Numbered from the stretch's first letter, positions 47,407 to 56,839 are shown. The stretch is 64,000 nucleotides of DNA from an uncultured Candidatus Rokubacteria bacterium (GCA_963805625.1 CAWDVE010000021.1:224001-288000), one strand, 5' to 3'. Translations and numbers: made by a program. The notes: a model not told the origin generated them from the sequence alone.

Positions 47407-47901
47407 TCATGGCGCGCTCGTCGGGCGCTTGGCCAGGGTGAGCGCGCCCACCAGGGCCGCCAGGAGCAGGAGCGAGGTCACTTCGAAGGGGAACAGGAAG
47501 TCGGTGAAAAGCAGCCGGCCGATGGTCCCGACCCCTCCCGGCGGCGCTTCCATGGCCGGGCCGCGCGTGCGGCCGGCGACCAGAACGATCGCGATCCCGA
47601 GCACCGCCGCCAGCGGGAGCGCGAACCGGCGCGCCCGCACGAGCGGGTCCGGTCCCTCTTCGGCGCGGCCCGGAATCAGTAGCATAATCGCGAAGATGAA
47701 GAGCACCATGATCGCCCCCGCGTAGACGATGACCTGGGCGAGGGCGAGGAACTCCGCACGGAGCATGAGGTAGAGCACCGCGACGCAGAACAGGTTCGCG
47801 ACGAGGAAGAGCGCCCCGTGGAGGGGATTCGGCCGGATCACCAGGCCGAGGGCAGTCCCGACCGCCGTCACGGCCACGAGGACGAACACCACCCACTCCA
47901 T
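47407..47901 (-). CDS. nuoJ: NADH-quinone oxidoreductase subunit J
   Basis: [22 protein letters not shown] and [10 protein letters not shown]. Confidence 0.95.
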   Translation of the reverse strand: MEWVVFVLVAVTAVGTALGLVIRPNPLHGALFLVANLFCVAVLYLMLRAEFLALAQVIVYAGAIMVLFIFAIMLLIPGRAEEGPDPLVRARRFALPLAAVLGIAIVLVAGRTRGPAMEAPPGGVGTIGRLLFTDFLFPFEVTSLLLLAALVGALTLAKRPTSAP

Positions 47902-47957
47902 CAGTTCACCGTGAGGGGGCGGGCCGTGGCGGCAACGGCTAGGGAGAGGCGGCTCAT
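47901..47957 (-). other. Spacer-filling mini-ORF MSRLSLAVAATARPLTVN*
   Basis: ATG overlaps the nuoI stop (ATGA) and TGA overlaps the nuoJ start (TGATG); translation not demonstrated. Confidence 0.45.
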
Positions 47958-48556
47958 CCCTCGAACCCCCGGCGCACCAGGGCCGCTGGCGGCGCCATGG
48001 TCGGCAGGCCGTTCGGCCCGGCAGGCTCGAGTGCCAGGAGCACGTCCTTGGAGTAGACCAACCCCTCGCGGCTGAAGGCCGAGAACTCCAGGATGCCCGT
48101 GTCCATGCGGATCGCGTCTTCGGGGCAGGCCTCGACGCAGTACCCGCAGAAGACGCACTTGCCGAGGTCGATGTCGAACCGCGTCGGGTACTTCTCGATG
48201 TCCGGGTTCGGGTGCTCCCCGGCCACGATGTAGATGCAGTGCGCGGGGCACACCGTCTCGCACATCATGCAGGCGACGCACCGGGGCGACCCGTCGTCGC
48301 GCCGCACCAGGCGATGAAGGCTCCGGAGCCGCGTCGCCAGCGGGCGCCGCTCCTCCGGCCACTGGTAGGTCACAGCGCCCTTCTGGCCGCGCACCCAGCG
48401 CCCCATGTTCCGGAAGAAGTGGCCCGCGGTCACCCCGAGGCCGACGAGCACCTCGGCGACGTAGAAGCGCTCGCGCGGGTTCGCCGGCACCTGCCGGCGG
48501 ACCCGCAAAACCTTCGGGGGCGGGGGAGACACGGGGGCACTCGCCACGGTGCTCAC
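47954..48556 (-). CDS. nuoI: NADH-quinone oxidoreductase subunit I
   Basis: CVACMMCETVCP and CVFCGYCVEACP (two 4Fe-4S clusters). Confidence 0.95.
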   Translation of the reverse strand: MSTVASAPVSPPPPKVLRVRRQVPANPRERFYVAEVLVGLGVTAGHFFRNMGRWVRGQKGAVTYQWPEERRPLATRLRSLHRLVRRDDGSPRCVACMMCETVCPAHCIYIVAGEHPNPDIEKYPTRFDIDLGKCVFCGYCVEACPEDAIRMDTGILEFSAFSREGLVYSKDVLLALEPAGPNGLPTMAPPAALVRRGFEG

Positions 48557-48560
48557 CTCC

Positions 48561-49649
48561 CTAGAAGAGCAGCATCGCGGCCGTCAGGACGATGTTCAGC
48601 ACGGCCAGCGGCAGGAGCCCGAGCCAGCCGAGACGCATCGCCTGATCGTACCGGAAGCGCGGCAGGGTCCATCGGATCAGCATCAGGAACCAGATCATAG
48701 CCACGACCTTGGTCACGAAGGCCCCGACCTGGAGCAGCGCCACGACGAGCTGCGGGAGGTGGAGGCTGAGCCCCCCGGGCAGGTGGAACCCGTAGTCCCG
48801 GAAGAGCCAGGGCACCTGCCAGCCGCCGAGAAAGAGCGCGGTCGTCATCCCGGCGACCACCACGGTCTCCACGAAGTCCGCCATCAGGAACATGCCGAAC
48901 TTCATCCCGCTGTACTCGACGTTGTAGCCGATGATCTCGGACTCGCCCTCGGGAAAGTCGAACGGCGCCCGCTTGGTCGTGGCAATGCCGGCCGTCAGGA
49001 ACAGGACGAACCCGAGCGGCTGCGTCAGGATGCCCCACTTGGGGATGACGCCCCCCCAGTACGCCCCCTGGCCGCGCGCGATCTCCTGGAGATCGAGCGA
49101 CCCGTAGACCATGCAAACGCCCATGATCGAGGCGCCGATCGCCACCTCCGCCGAGATCATGAGGGCGGCCGCGCGTTGGCCGCCGAGGAGCGCGAAGTTG
49201 TTCGCCGAGGCCCAGCCGGCCAGCACGACCCCGTAGACGCCCATCGACAGCATCGCGAAGACGTAGAGGATGCCCGCATTGAGCTCGACCGCCTGCAGCG
49301 AGATCTCCCGGCCGCCGATCCGGAGGACGTCGCCGAACGGGATCGTCGCGAAACCGGACAGCGCGAAGAAGACCGACACCACCGGCGCGGCCAGGAAGAG
49401 CACCCGGTCGGCGCGGGCCGGCATGAAGTCTTCCTTGGTCAGCATCTTGAGTGCGTCGGCGAGCGGGTGGAAGAGCCCGAACAAGCGGAGGCCGAGGATC
49501 GAGGCCCGATTCGCGCCCACGCGGTCCTGCATGACGGCGGACTGCTTGCGCTCGACCCAGGTCAGGAGCCCGCCCAGGTTCAGGACGAGCCCCATGACGA
49601 AGGCGACCCGGGCGAAGGCGATGCCGAGGTCGACCATGACGGCGCTCAC
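48561..49649 (-). CDS. nuoH: NADH-quinone oxidoreductase subunit H
   Basis: ERK...QDRVGAN, ADALKMLTKE, RAPFDFPEGESE, VEYSG and TLPRFRYDQ. Confidence 0.96.
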   Translation of the reverse strand: MSAVMVDLGIAFARVAFVMGLVLNLGGLLTWVERKQSAVMQDRVGANRASILGLRLFGLFHPLADALKMLTKEDFMPARADRVLFLAAPVVSVFFALSGFATIPFGDVLRIGGREISLQAVELNAGILYVFAMLSMGVYGVVLAGWASANNFALLGGQRAAALMISAEVAIGASIMGVCMVYGSLDLQEIARGQGAYWGGVIPKWGILTQPLGFVLFLTAGIATTKRAPFDFPEGESEIIGYNVEYSGMKFGMFLMADFVETVVVAGMTTALFLGGWQVPWLFRDYGFHLPGGLSLHLPQLVVALLQVGAFVTKVVAMIWFLMLIRWTLPRFRYDQAMRLGWLGLLPLAVLNIVLTAAMLLF

Positions 49650-49726
49650 GACGCGACCCGGGTGCTCCGTCGGATTGATCGGATAGCCTTCGGCCAGTAG
49701 CGGCCTAGGACGACCTGTGGGGTCAC
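49646..49726 (-). other. Spacer-filling mini-ORF MTPQVVLGRYWPKAIRSIRRSTRVAS*
   Basis: GTGA overlap with the nuoG stop and GTGA overlap with the nuoH start; 27 codons with no internal stop; translation not demonstrated. Confidence 0.45.
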
Positions 49727-51334
49727 GGAGCCCCCGCAGCGATGCTCGCGCCGTGATCCGCGAGCGTGCGGTAGCTCAGCTCCGCGAAGCCGGGCGTCGC
49801 GACCGCCAGATCGCGGAAGACGTTCGCCGCACGGAGCGGCTGCCAGTCGTGGCCGAGGGCGCGCGCGACCGCCGCGAGGATCTCCCAGTCCGGCCGCGCG
49901 TCCCCGCGCGGCAGCACAGCGCGCCAGAACCGCTGGATCCGGCCCGCCACGTTCGTCCAGGTCCCCTCGCGCTCGACCCAGGCCGCGCTCGGCAGGATCA
50001 CGTGCGCCCGCGCGCTCGTTCCGTTGGCGTTCGGCCCCTGGAAGACCACGCCCTCGACCCGCGCGAGCGCCTCCTCCACCTCCGCCTCGGGCCAGCCCGA
50101 GTCAAGGAGGTCGTGGTCGAACACCCACAGGAGCCGGAGCCGGCCCGCCCGGGCGGCGTCGAGGACATGCCGCCCGTCGGCGGCCCCCGCGCGTCCACAG
50201 CCGAGCAGCTCGGCGCCCCGACTGTTCGGGGTCTTGTCGGCGACCCGCAGGAGGTCGTCCTGCGAGCCCGGCATGCGCGGGGGCACGCGGAAATCTGCGT
50301 GGGCGGCGCCGAGCGTGTCCACGAACAGACGCCGGGCGAGCCAGAGGTCCTCGTTCGACATCCGGGAGGAGAACAGGACGCCGGTGCCCGCGGGCCCCGC
50401 GGCCCGGAGGCCGTCCGCCACCGCGGCCACGACCTCCTCCCAGCTGAGCGGGCGCGCGGACCCGCTCTCACGCAGCTCCGGGCGCTCGAGCCGGGTCGGC
50501 GCGTCGACGTCGCCGAAGCCGTAGCGCCCCTCGTCGCAGATCCACCACTGGTTCACGTCGGGGTTGAAGCGCGGCTTGAGGCGTACGACCCGCCGACCCT
50601 GGGCGTGGTGGGCGCGCTTCGTGTTGGTGTGGACCTCGATGTTGCACCCGCGGGCGCACCCGGGGCAGACCGACTTCGCGCGGTCGAGGTACCAGACACG
50701 GGCCTGGAAGCGGAAGTCACGGTCGGTGAGCGCGCCCACCGGGCAGATGTCGACGACGTTGCCGGAGTACGCGTTGTCGAGCGAGGTGCCCGGGAACAGC
50801 CCCAGCTCCGAGTGGTCGCCCCGGTTGAAGATCCCGAGCTCGCCCGTCTTCGTGATCGTGTCGCAGAAGCGCACGCAGCGCGAGCACAGAATGCACCGCT
50901 CGGCGTCCAGCATCACGTGCGGCCCGATCGGCACGGCCTTGGGCTTGTGGACCTTGTCGTCGATCATCCGGGGCTCGTAGAGCCCGTGCTGCATGTAGTA
51001 GATCTGGAGCCAGCACTCGCCTGCCTGGTCGCACACCGGGCAGTCGAGCGGGATGGTTGATGAGGTGCCACTCCATGACCGAGCGCCGCAGCTCCAGGAC
51101 GCGCGGGGTCTGCGTCATCACCACCATGCCCTCGGCCGCCTGGGTGTTGCAGGCGATCGTCGGGCGCGGCGCCTTCTCGAGATCCACCATGCAGAGGCGG
51201 CACGCCCCGGCGATCGGGAGTCCGGGATGGTAGCAGTAGTGGGGCACCTCGATCCCGAGGCGGCGCGCCGTCTCGATGAGGTTCGTCCCGGCGGGGACCT
51301 CGACCGGCTGGCCGTCGACCGTCAGCTTCGGCAT
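49723..51334 (-). CDS. nuoG: NADH-quinone oxidoreductase subunit G (short form; apparent +1 frameshift at about 51051)
   Basis: CYHP...GACRLC...C (N1b); NHP/LDCPVCDQAGEC (N5) split by one extra base; CILCSRC...CPVGAL (N4); CPGCARGC...ICD (N7). Confidence 0.93.
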
Positions 51335-51341
51335 GCCGGCC

Positions 51342-52631
51342 TTAGTGCGCGCCCACGGGCGCCTTCGCCCCCGGGCGGACGTCGCAGGCCCCGTGGCGGA
51401 CGTGGTGGTCGAACTCGGCCCGGAACTTCTCGACGTAGGAAATGTACGGGCCGATCGCGCCGTCGTAGAACGCGCAGATCGTGCTGCCCACGCCGCGGCG
51501 GGCGACGTCCACGATCGTGTCCGGGTCCTGGGGGACGCCCTTCCCGGCGAGGATCCGGCCCGTGATCTTGTAGATCCAGCCGGTGCACTCCCGGCAGGGC
51601 GTGCACTGCCCGCAGGACTCGTGGGCGTAGAAGCGGGCGACGACGTGGAGCGCCTCGGGGATGCACGTGGTCTCGTCCATGACCACCACGCCGGCCGAGC
51701 CTGCCATCGTGCCCGCATTGCGGAGCCCGTCGACGTCCATCGTCACGTCGATCTCGTCGGCTCGGAGGAGCGGTGCCGAGGAGCCGCCGGGCACCACCGC
51801 CTTCAGCCGCCGGCCGTTCGCCACGCCGCCCGCCCGCTCGATCAACTCCCGGAGTGTGATCCCCACCGACGCCTCGTAGACGCCGGGCCGGGCCACGTGG
51901 CCCGACACCGAGTAGAGGCGCGTCCCGCCCTGGGTCTTGGAGCCGAGCCCCGCGAACCACTCGCCCCCGCGCGTGATGATGTGCGGCACCGCGGCCAGCG
52001 TCTCGACGTTGTTGACCACCGTCGGCTGGCCGAAGGCGCCCTTGATCGCGGGGAACGGCGGCTTGACCTTCGGCCACCCCTTCTTGCCTTCGAGGGAGGA
52101 GATGAGGCCCGTCTCCTCGCCGCAGATGTAGGCGCCCGCGCCCCGGTGCACGACCATCTGATGGTCGAACCCCGAGCCGAGGATGTTGGCGCCCAGCAGG
52201 CCGGCAGCCTCGGCCGCCTGGACGGCCTCCTGGAACACCCGCCATGGGCGGACGTACTCGCCCCGGATGTAGATGAAGGACGTGTGGCAGCCGATCGCGT
52301 AGGCCGAGATCAGCATTCCCTCGATCAGGGCGTGGGGATCGCGCTCGAGGATGTAGCGATCCTTGAACGTCCCCGGCTCGCCCTCGTCGGCGTTGACGAC
52401 GAGATAGACGGGCCCCGTGCGCTTCTGCGGGATGAAGCCCCACTTCGTCGCCGTGGGGAAGCCCGCGCCGCCCAGGCCGCGGAGGTTCGCCTTCTTGACC
52501 TCGGCCGCGATGCCCTCGGGGCCGAGCGCCAGCGCCTTCCGGAATGCCTCGTAACCGCCCCCCGCGCGGTAGCCCGGGAGCGTCCGCGCCTCCGGCCGGT
52601 CGAAGTTCCGCGAGAGCACCGGCTCGCTCAC
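51342..52631 (-). CDS. nuoF: NADH-quinone oxidoreductase subunit F
   Basis: RGLGGAGFP, NADEGEPGTFKDR, GAGAYICGEET, NNVET and ESCGQCTPC...C. Confidence 0.95.
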   Translation of the reverse strand: MSEPVLSRNFDRPEARTLPGYRAGGGYEAFRKALALGPEGIAAEVKKANLRGLGGAGFPTATKWGFIPQKRTGPVYLVVNADEGEPGTFKDRYILERDPHALIEGMLISAYAIGCHTSFIYIRGEYVRPWRVFQEAVQAAEAAGLLGANILGSGFDHQMVVHRGAGAYICGEETGLISSLEGKKGWPKVKPPFPAIKGAFGQPTVVNNVETLAAVPHIITRGGEWFAGLGSKTQGGTRLYSVSGHVARPGVYEASVGITLRELIERAGGVANGRRLKAVVPGGSSAPLLRADEIDVTMDVDGLRNAGTMAGSAGVVVMDETTCIPEALHVVARFYAHESCGQCTPCRECTGWIYKITGRILAGKGVPQDPDTIVDVARRGVGSTICAFYDGAIGPYISYVEKFRAEFDHHVRHGACDVRPGAKAPVGAH

Positions 52632-53137
52632 CGGAGCCCCTCCAGCACGCGATCGACGGCGCCGCGGTCGAGCGGCCCCACGTACTCCTCGTCGACCTGC
52701 ATCATCGGAGCGGCCTCGCAGGCGCAGAGGCACTCCACCCGCAGGAGCGTGACGCGCCCGTCGGGGGTGGTCGCGCCCGCCTCGACTCCGAGCCGCTCCT
52801 GGAGGTAGGCGACCACGTCTTCCGCCCCCCGGAGCGAACACGACAGGTTGTGGCAGACCGAGATCACGTGGCGCCCGACTGGCTGCTGGAAGAACAGCGT
52901 GTAGAAGGTGACGACTTCGTGGACGTGGGCGGGCGACAGCTCGAACAGCTCGGCCACGTAGACCTCGACCTCGGGCGAGACGAACCCGAAGGTGTCCTGG
53001 GCCATCCGGAGCACCGGGAGGAGCGCCGCCTGCCGCTCCGGGTAGAGCGCCTGGAGCCGCCGCACTTCGGCGAGCTGGGCGTCCGAGAACCGGACCGGCC
53101 CCGCGGGAGACCGGGTGGCCGGCGCCGACGCGCTCAC
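52628..53137 (-). CDS. nuoE: NADH-quinone oxidoreductase subunit E
   Basis: VVTFYTLF and CHNLSC...ECLCAC (2Fe-2S); GTGA overlaps at both ends. Confidence 0.94.
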   Translation of the reverse strand: MSASAPATRSPAGPVRFSDAQLAEVRRLQALYPERQAALLPVLRMAQDTFGFVSPEVEVYVAELFELSPAHVHEVVTFYTLFFQQPVGRHVISVCHNLSCSLRGAEDVVAYLQERLGVEAGATTPDGRVTLLRVECLCACEAAPMMQVDEEYVGPLDRGAVDRVLEGLR

Positions 53138-54549
53138 CGGTCCAGCTCCCCGCCGATCATATTGACGGACCCGAAGGTGGGCACGATGTCGGCGACCATC
53201 CCACCCTCGAGCATGCGGTGGAGCGCCGCCATCGGGGGCAGACAGGGTGGCCGGCACCGCACCCGGTAGGGCCGGTCGGTACCGTCCGACACGATGTAGA
53301 ACCCGAGCTCCCCGTTCGCCCCCTCGACGGGGAAGTACACGTCCCCCCGGGGCGGCCGGATCCCGTAGCCGTCCATGATCAGCATGAAGTGGTTCATGAG
53401 GCCCTCGATCGACCCGTACGTCGTCTCCTTCGGCGGCAGTACGGTGCGCTTGTCGGGGGCGTTGACCGTCACGTGGTGCCGCCGCTCCTGGCCGGCCAGG
53501 TTCGGCGAGAGCCGGATGTCCGTGATCAGGAGGCCCTCGGTCTTGCCGAGCTTCCCCCGGTCGACGTACTCGGCGGGCAGGGCAAACGGGCGCCCCTCGT
53601 GGTCCACGTTGACCGGGCCGCCGGGCAGCTGGGCGAGGGCCTGCTCGGCGATCCGCATCGACTGCTCCATCTCGGCCATGCGGACCAAATACCGGTCGTA
53701 GTTGTCGCCCGTCTCCCCGATCGGGATCTCGAAGTCCAGCCGGTCGTACACCCAGTAGGGCGTCGCCCGCCGGACGTCGAAGGGCACGCCCGAGGCCCGG
53801 AGGAGCGGGCCGGTGACCGCGTACGCGATCGCCTCCTCCCGTGAGAGGATGCCGACGCCCTGCATCCGGTCGACGAAGATCCGGTTGCTGGTGAGCAGCT
53901 TGTGCGACTCCTCGAGCACGGTCCGCGTCTCGGCGAACGCCAGGCGGACGCGCGCCTCGAAGTCGGGTGGGAGGTCCGCTTTGAGCCCGCCCACCCGGCC
54001 GTGCGAGATCGTGAGCCGCGCGCCGGTGACCGCCTCGATCACCTCCCACAGGAACTCGCGCGCCTTGATCATGTAGAGGAAGACGGTGAACGCCCCGAGC
54101 TCCATCGCCGACGCGCCCACGCACGTCAGGTGGTCCGACATGCGCGAGATCTCGCTCAGGATCACGCGGATGTACGCGCACCGCTCCGTCACCTGGATGC
54201 CGAGGAGCTTCTCCACCGCCGAGCAGAACCCGAAGTTGTTGATCAGGGGCGAGACGTAGTTGAGGCGGTCCGTGTACGGCATCGCCGCGTTGTAGGGACC
54301 GATCTCGCATTCCTTCTCGAACGCCCGGTGGAGGTAGCCGATCTCGACGTCGGTCTTGACGACCTGCTCGCCGTCGAGCTCCGTGACGATCCGGACGATG
54401 CCGTGCATCGCCGGGTGCGACGGCCCGAGGTTGACCACGAGGTTCTCGGTGCCGCTCTCCGGCACGCCCTCCCCGAGGAAGATCTCCTGGATGTGCCGGG
54501 AGCCGGCCGCGGGCGGAGTCGCGCTGGTGGTCTCGGGCGTCGGCGTCAT
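53134..54549 (-). CDS. nuoD: NADH-quinone oxidoreductase subunit D (with an internal insertion)
   Basis: NLGPSHPAMHG, GYLHRAFEK, DRLNY, EGANGELG and GELDR; no NiFe CxxC motifs. Confidence 0.95.
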   Translation of the reverse strand: MTPTPETTSATPPAAGSRHIQEIFLGEGVPESGTENLVVNLGPSHPAMHGIVRIVTELDGEQVVKTDVEIGYLHRAFEKECEIGPYNAAMPYTDRLNYVSPLINNFGFCSAVEKLLGIQVTERCAYIRVILSEISRMSDHLTCVGASAMELGAFTVFLYMIKAREFLWEVIEAVTGARLTISHGRVGGLKADLPPDFEARVRLAFAETRTVLEESHKLLTSNRIFVDRMQGVGILSREEAIAYAVTGPLLRASGVPFDVRRATPYWVYDRLDFEIPIGETGDNYDRYLVRMAEMEQSMRIAEQALAQLPGGPVNVDHEGRPFALPAEYVDRGKLGKTEGLLITDIRLSPNLAGQERRHHVTVNAPDKRTVLPPKETTYGSIEGLMNHFMLIMDGYGIRPPRGDVYFPVEGANGELGFYIVSDGTDRPYRVRCRPPCLPPMAALHRMLEGGMVADIVPTFGSVNMIGGELDR

Positions 54550-54566
54550 GGGCGTCCCGGGGGGGC

Positions 54567-55064
54567 TCAGTTCCTGGGACCGATCAGGGGCTGCCGCCGG
54601 TTGACGGGGTAGTCCTTGCGGAGCGGGTGCCCCTCGAACTGCTCGTACAGGAGGAGCCGCCGCAGGTCGGGGTGCTCCGCGAAGCGAAGCCCGAACATGT
54701 CCCACACCTCGCGCTCGAGCCAGTCCGCGATCGGCCAGAGCGGCACCGCGGTCGGGACGACCGGGTCGTCCTCCTCGACCCCCGCCTTGATCCGTACCCG
54801 GTGGTTGTGGGGGACCGAGTAGAGGTGGTAGACGACTTCGAACCGCGGGGCTTCCTCGCGGCCGGGGTAGGTGAGGTAGTCCACCGCGGTGAGGTCCATC
54901 AGCATGTCGAACCGGAGGGCCGCGTCGTCCCGGCAGAACCGCAGCACCTCGGGGAGCGCCGCGAGGTCCACGAGCAAGGCGTCGTCGCCGGGCACGGCGT
55001 GGGCCGCGAGGACGCCGGCGCCGAAGCGCTCCGTCAGCCGCGCGAGGATGTCCGGGCCGTTCAT
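54567..55064 (-). CDS. nuoC: NADH-quinone oxidoreductase subunit C
   Basis: TAVDY, RFEVVYHL, WLEREVWDMFG and GHPLRKDYP. Confidence 0.96.
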   Translation of the reverse strand: MNGPDILARLTERFGAGVLAAHAVPGDDALLVDLAALPEVLRFCRDDAALRFDMLMDLTAVDYLTYPGREEAPRFEVVYHLYSVPHNHRVRIKAGVEEDDPVVPTAVPLWPIADWLEREVWDMFGLRFAEHPDLRRLLLYEQFEGHPLRKDYPVNRRQPLIGPRN

Positions 55065-55092
55065 GGAAGGGGGGCGCGGGCGGGCGCCGGCC

Positions 55093-55551
55093 TCAGTACC
55101 GCTGCCGCCCCGCAGCGATCTTGTCCTGGAGCTTCATGAGGCCGTCGAGCACGCTCTCGGGTCGGGGGGGACACCCCGGGATGTAGACGTCGACGGGGAG
55201 GATCGTGTCGATGCCCTGCACGGTCGCGTAGTTGTCGTAGAACCCGCCCGTGCAGGTGCACACTCCGAAGGCCACCACCCACTTCGGCTCCGTCATCTGG
55301 TCGTAGACCCGCCGGAGGACCGGCGCCATCTTGTGGCTGATCGTCCCCACGACGAACAGGACGTCGGCCTGGCGCGGCGAGAAGCGCGGGAGCCCCGCCC
55401 CGAAGCGGTCGACGTCGTAGTGGGAGCACGAGGTGGCCATGTACTCCATCCCGCAGCAGGCGGTCACGAACGGGTACTGGAAAATGGAGTACTTGCGGGC
55501 CCAGCCGAGCGCCGCGTCGAGCTTCGTCGTAAAGAAGTCCGCTACTCCCAC
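55093..55551 (-). CDS. nuoB: NADH-quinone oxidoreductase subunit B
   Basis: ACCGME, SPRQAD, EPKWV...GVC and [13 protein letters not shown]. Confidence 0.96.
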   Translation of the reverse strand: MGVADFFTTKLDAALGWARKYSIFQYPFVTACCGMEYMATSCSHYDVDRFGAGLPRFSPRQADVLFVVGTISHKMAPVLRRVYDQMTEPKWVVAFGVCTCTGGFYDNYATVQGIDTILPVDVYIPGCPPRPESVLDGLMKLQDKIAAGRQRY

Positions 55552-55892
55552 TGGAGCCCTCCCTTCCGCCAGACGTAGAGGAGCCCCAGCATCAGGATCC
55601 CGAGATACACGACCATGGTCACGAATCCGTAGAGCCCGAGGCTCCGGTACACCACGGTCCACGGGAAGACGAACATCAGCTCGATGTCGAAGATGATGAA
55701 GAAGATCGCCGTGGTCGCGAACTTGATCGCGAACCGCCCCTCCGGGCGCGCGAGCACGTCCTTGCCGCACTCGAACGTCTCCTGCTTGACCGGGGTGGCC
55801 CGCCGCGGGCCGAGGAGCGCGGGGAGGTACGCGAGGAGACACGCCACCCCGAGCGAGATCGCGAACACCATCAGGATCGGGACGTACTGCAT
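55542..55892 (-). CDS. nuoA: NADH-quinone oxidoreductase subunit A
   Basis: FECG, FIIFDIE...FPW and WRKGGLQW; start overlaps the lipA stop (TGATG). Confidence 0.96.
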   Translation of the reverse strand: MQYVPILMVFAISLGVACLLAYLPALLGPRRATPVKQETFECGKDVLARPEGRFAIKFATTAIFFIIFDIELMFVFPWTVVYRSLGLYGFVTMVVYLGILMLGLLYVWRKGGLQWE

Positions 55893-56812
55893 CAGTCCAC
55901 CGGCGGCGGCGCGTCCGCCGCTTCGACCTGGCGCTTCGCGTGATAGGACGAGCGCACGAGCGGACCGGCCTCGACGTGCCGGAACCCGAGCGCGCGGCCG
56001 TCGGCGGCGAACGCCTCGAACTCCGCGGGCGGCACGTAACGCACCACCGGGAGGTGCGCGGGGGACGGCCGGAGGTACTGGCCGAGCGTCAGGAGCTGGA
56101 CCCCGGCGGCCCGGAGATCCGCCATCGTGGCGCGGACCTCGTCCGCCGCCTCGCCCAGGCCGAGCATCATCCCCGACTTCGTGACGGGCTCCGTCGCGTG
56201 CCCGCTCGCTCGTCGGAACAGCTCGAGGCTCCGGGGGTAGCGGGACCCGGGGCGCACCGGCCCGTACAGGCGCGGGACCGTCTCGATGTTGTGATTGAGG
56301 ACGTCAGGCCGGGCCTGGAGCACGGTCTCGAGGGCGGCCGCCGATCCCTGGAAGTCCGGGATCAGCACCTCCACGCGGCAGCCCGGCGCCGCGCGCCGGA
56401 TCGCCGTGATCGTCCGGGCGAAGATCTCGGACCCACCGTCGGTCAGATCGTCCCGGTTGACGCTCGTCACGACGACGTGCTCGAGCCCCATCTCGGCGAC
56501 GGTGCGGCCCACGCGGTCGGGCTCCCCCCAGTCTTCCCACTCGGGCCGGCCGTGCGCCACCGCGCAGAACCCGCACCGGCGGGTGCACACGTCACCCAGG
56601 ATCATGAAGGTCGCCGTCCGCTCTTCCCAGCACTCGCCGATGTTGGGGCAGCGGGCCTCCTCGCAGACCGTGTGGAGGTTCCGCTCGCGCATGAGCGCCT
56701 TCAGGCGCATGTAATTCGCGCCGCCAGGCGCACGCACCTTGAGCCAGGCCGGCTTGCGCGCCTGGAAGTCCCGTAGAGCGTCGGGCTGGATGACGGGAAG
56801 CGTCTGCGTCAT
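55892..56812 (-). CDS. lipA: Lipoyl synthase
   Basis: [31 protein letters not shown] and RSSYHA. Confidence 0.97.
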   Translation of the reverse strand: MTQTLPVIQPDALRDFQARKPAWLKVRAPGGANYMRLKALMRERNLHTVCEEARCPNIGECWEERTATFMILGDVCTRRCGFCAVAHGRPEWEDWGEPDRVGRTVAEMGLEHVVVTSVNRDDLTDGGSEIFARTITAIRRAAPGCRVEVLIPDFQGSAAALETVLQARPDVLNHNIETVPRLYGPVRPGSRYPRSLELFRRASGHATEPVTKSGMMLGLGEAADEVRATMADLRAAGVQLLTLGQYLRPSPAHLPVVRYVPPAEFEAFAADGRALGFRHVEAGPLVRSSYHAKRQVEAADAPPPVD

Positions 56813-56839
56813 GCGTGGCAAGGGCTTGCGTCGCTGCTC

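Noticed and set aside
55061-55096. CTG-initiated relay-like ORFs (nuoB>nuoC; also 3473-3484)
   Set aside because: Same geometry as the relay ORFs, but they need a CTG start, so they were not counted as evidence.
53134-55551. Group 4 NiFe hydrogenase instead of complex I
   Set aside because: NuoD lacks the N- and C-terminal CxxC nickel ligands, and NuoB has the tandem CC of complex I.
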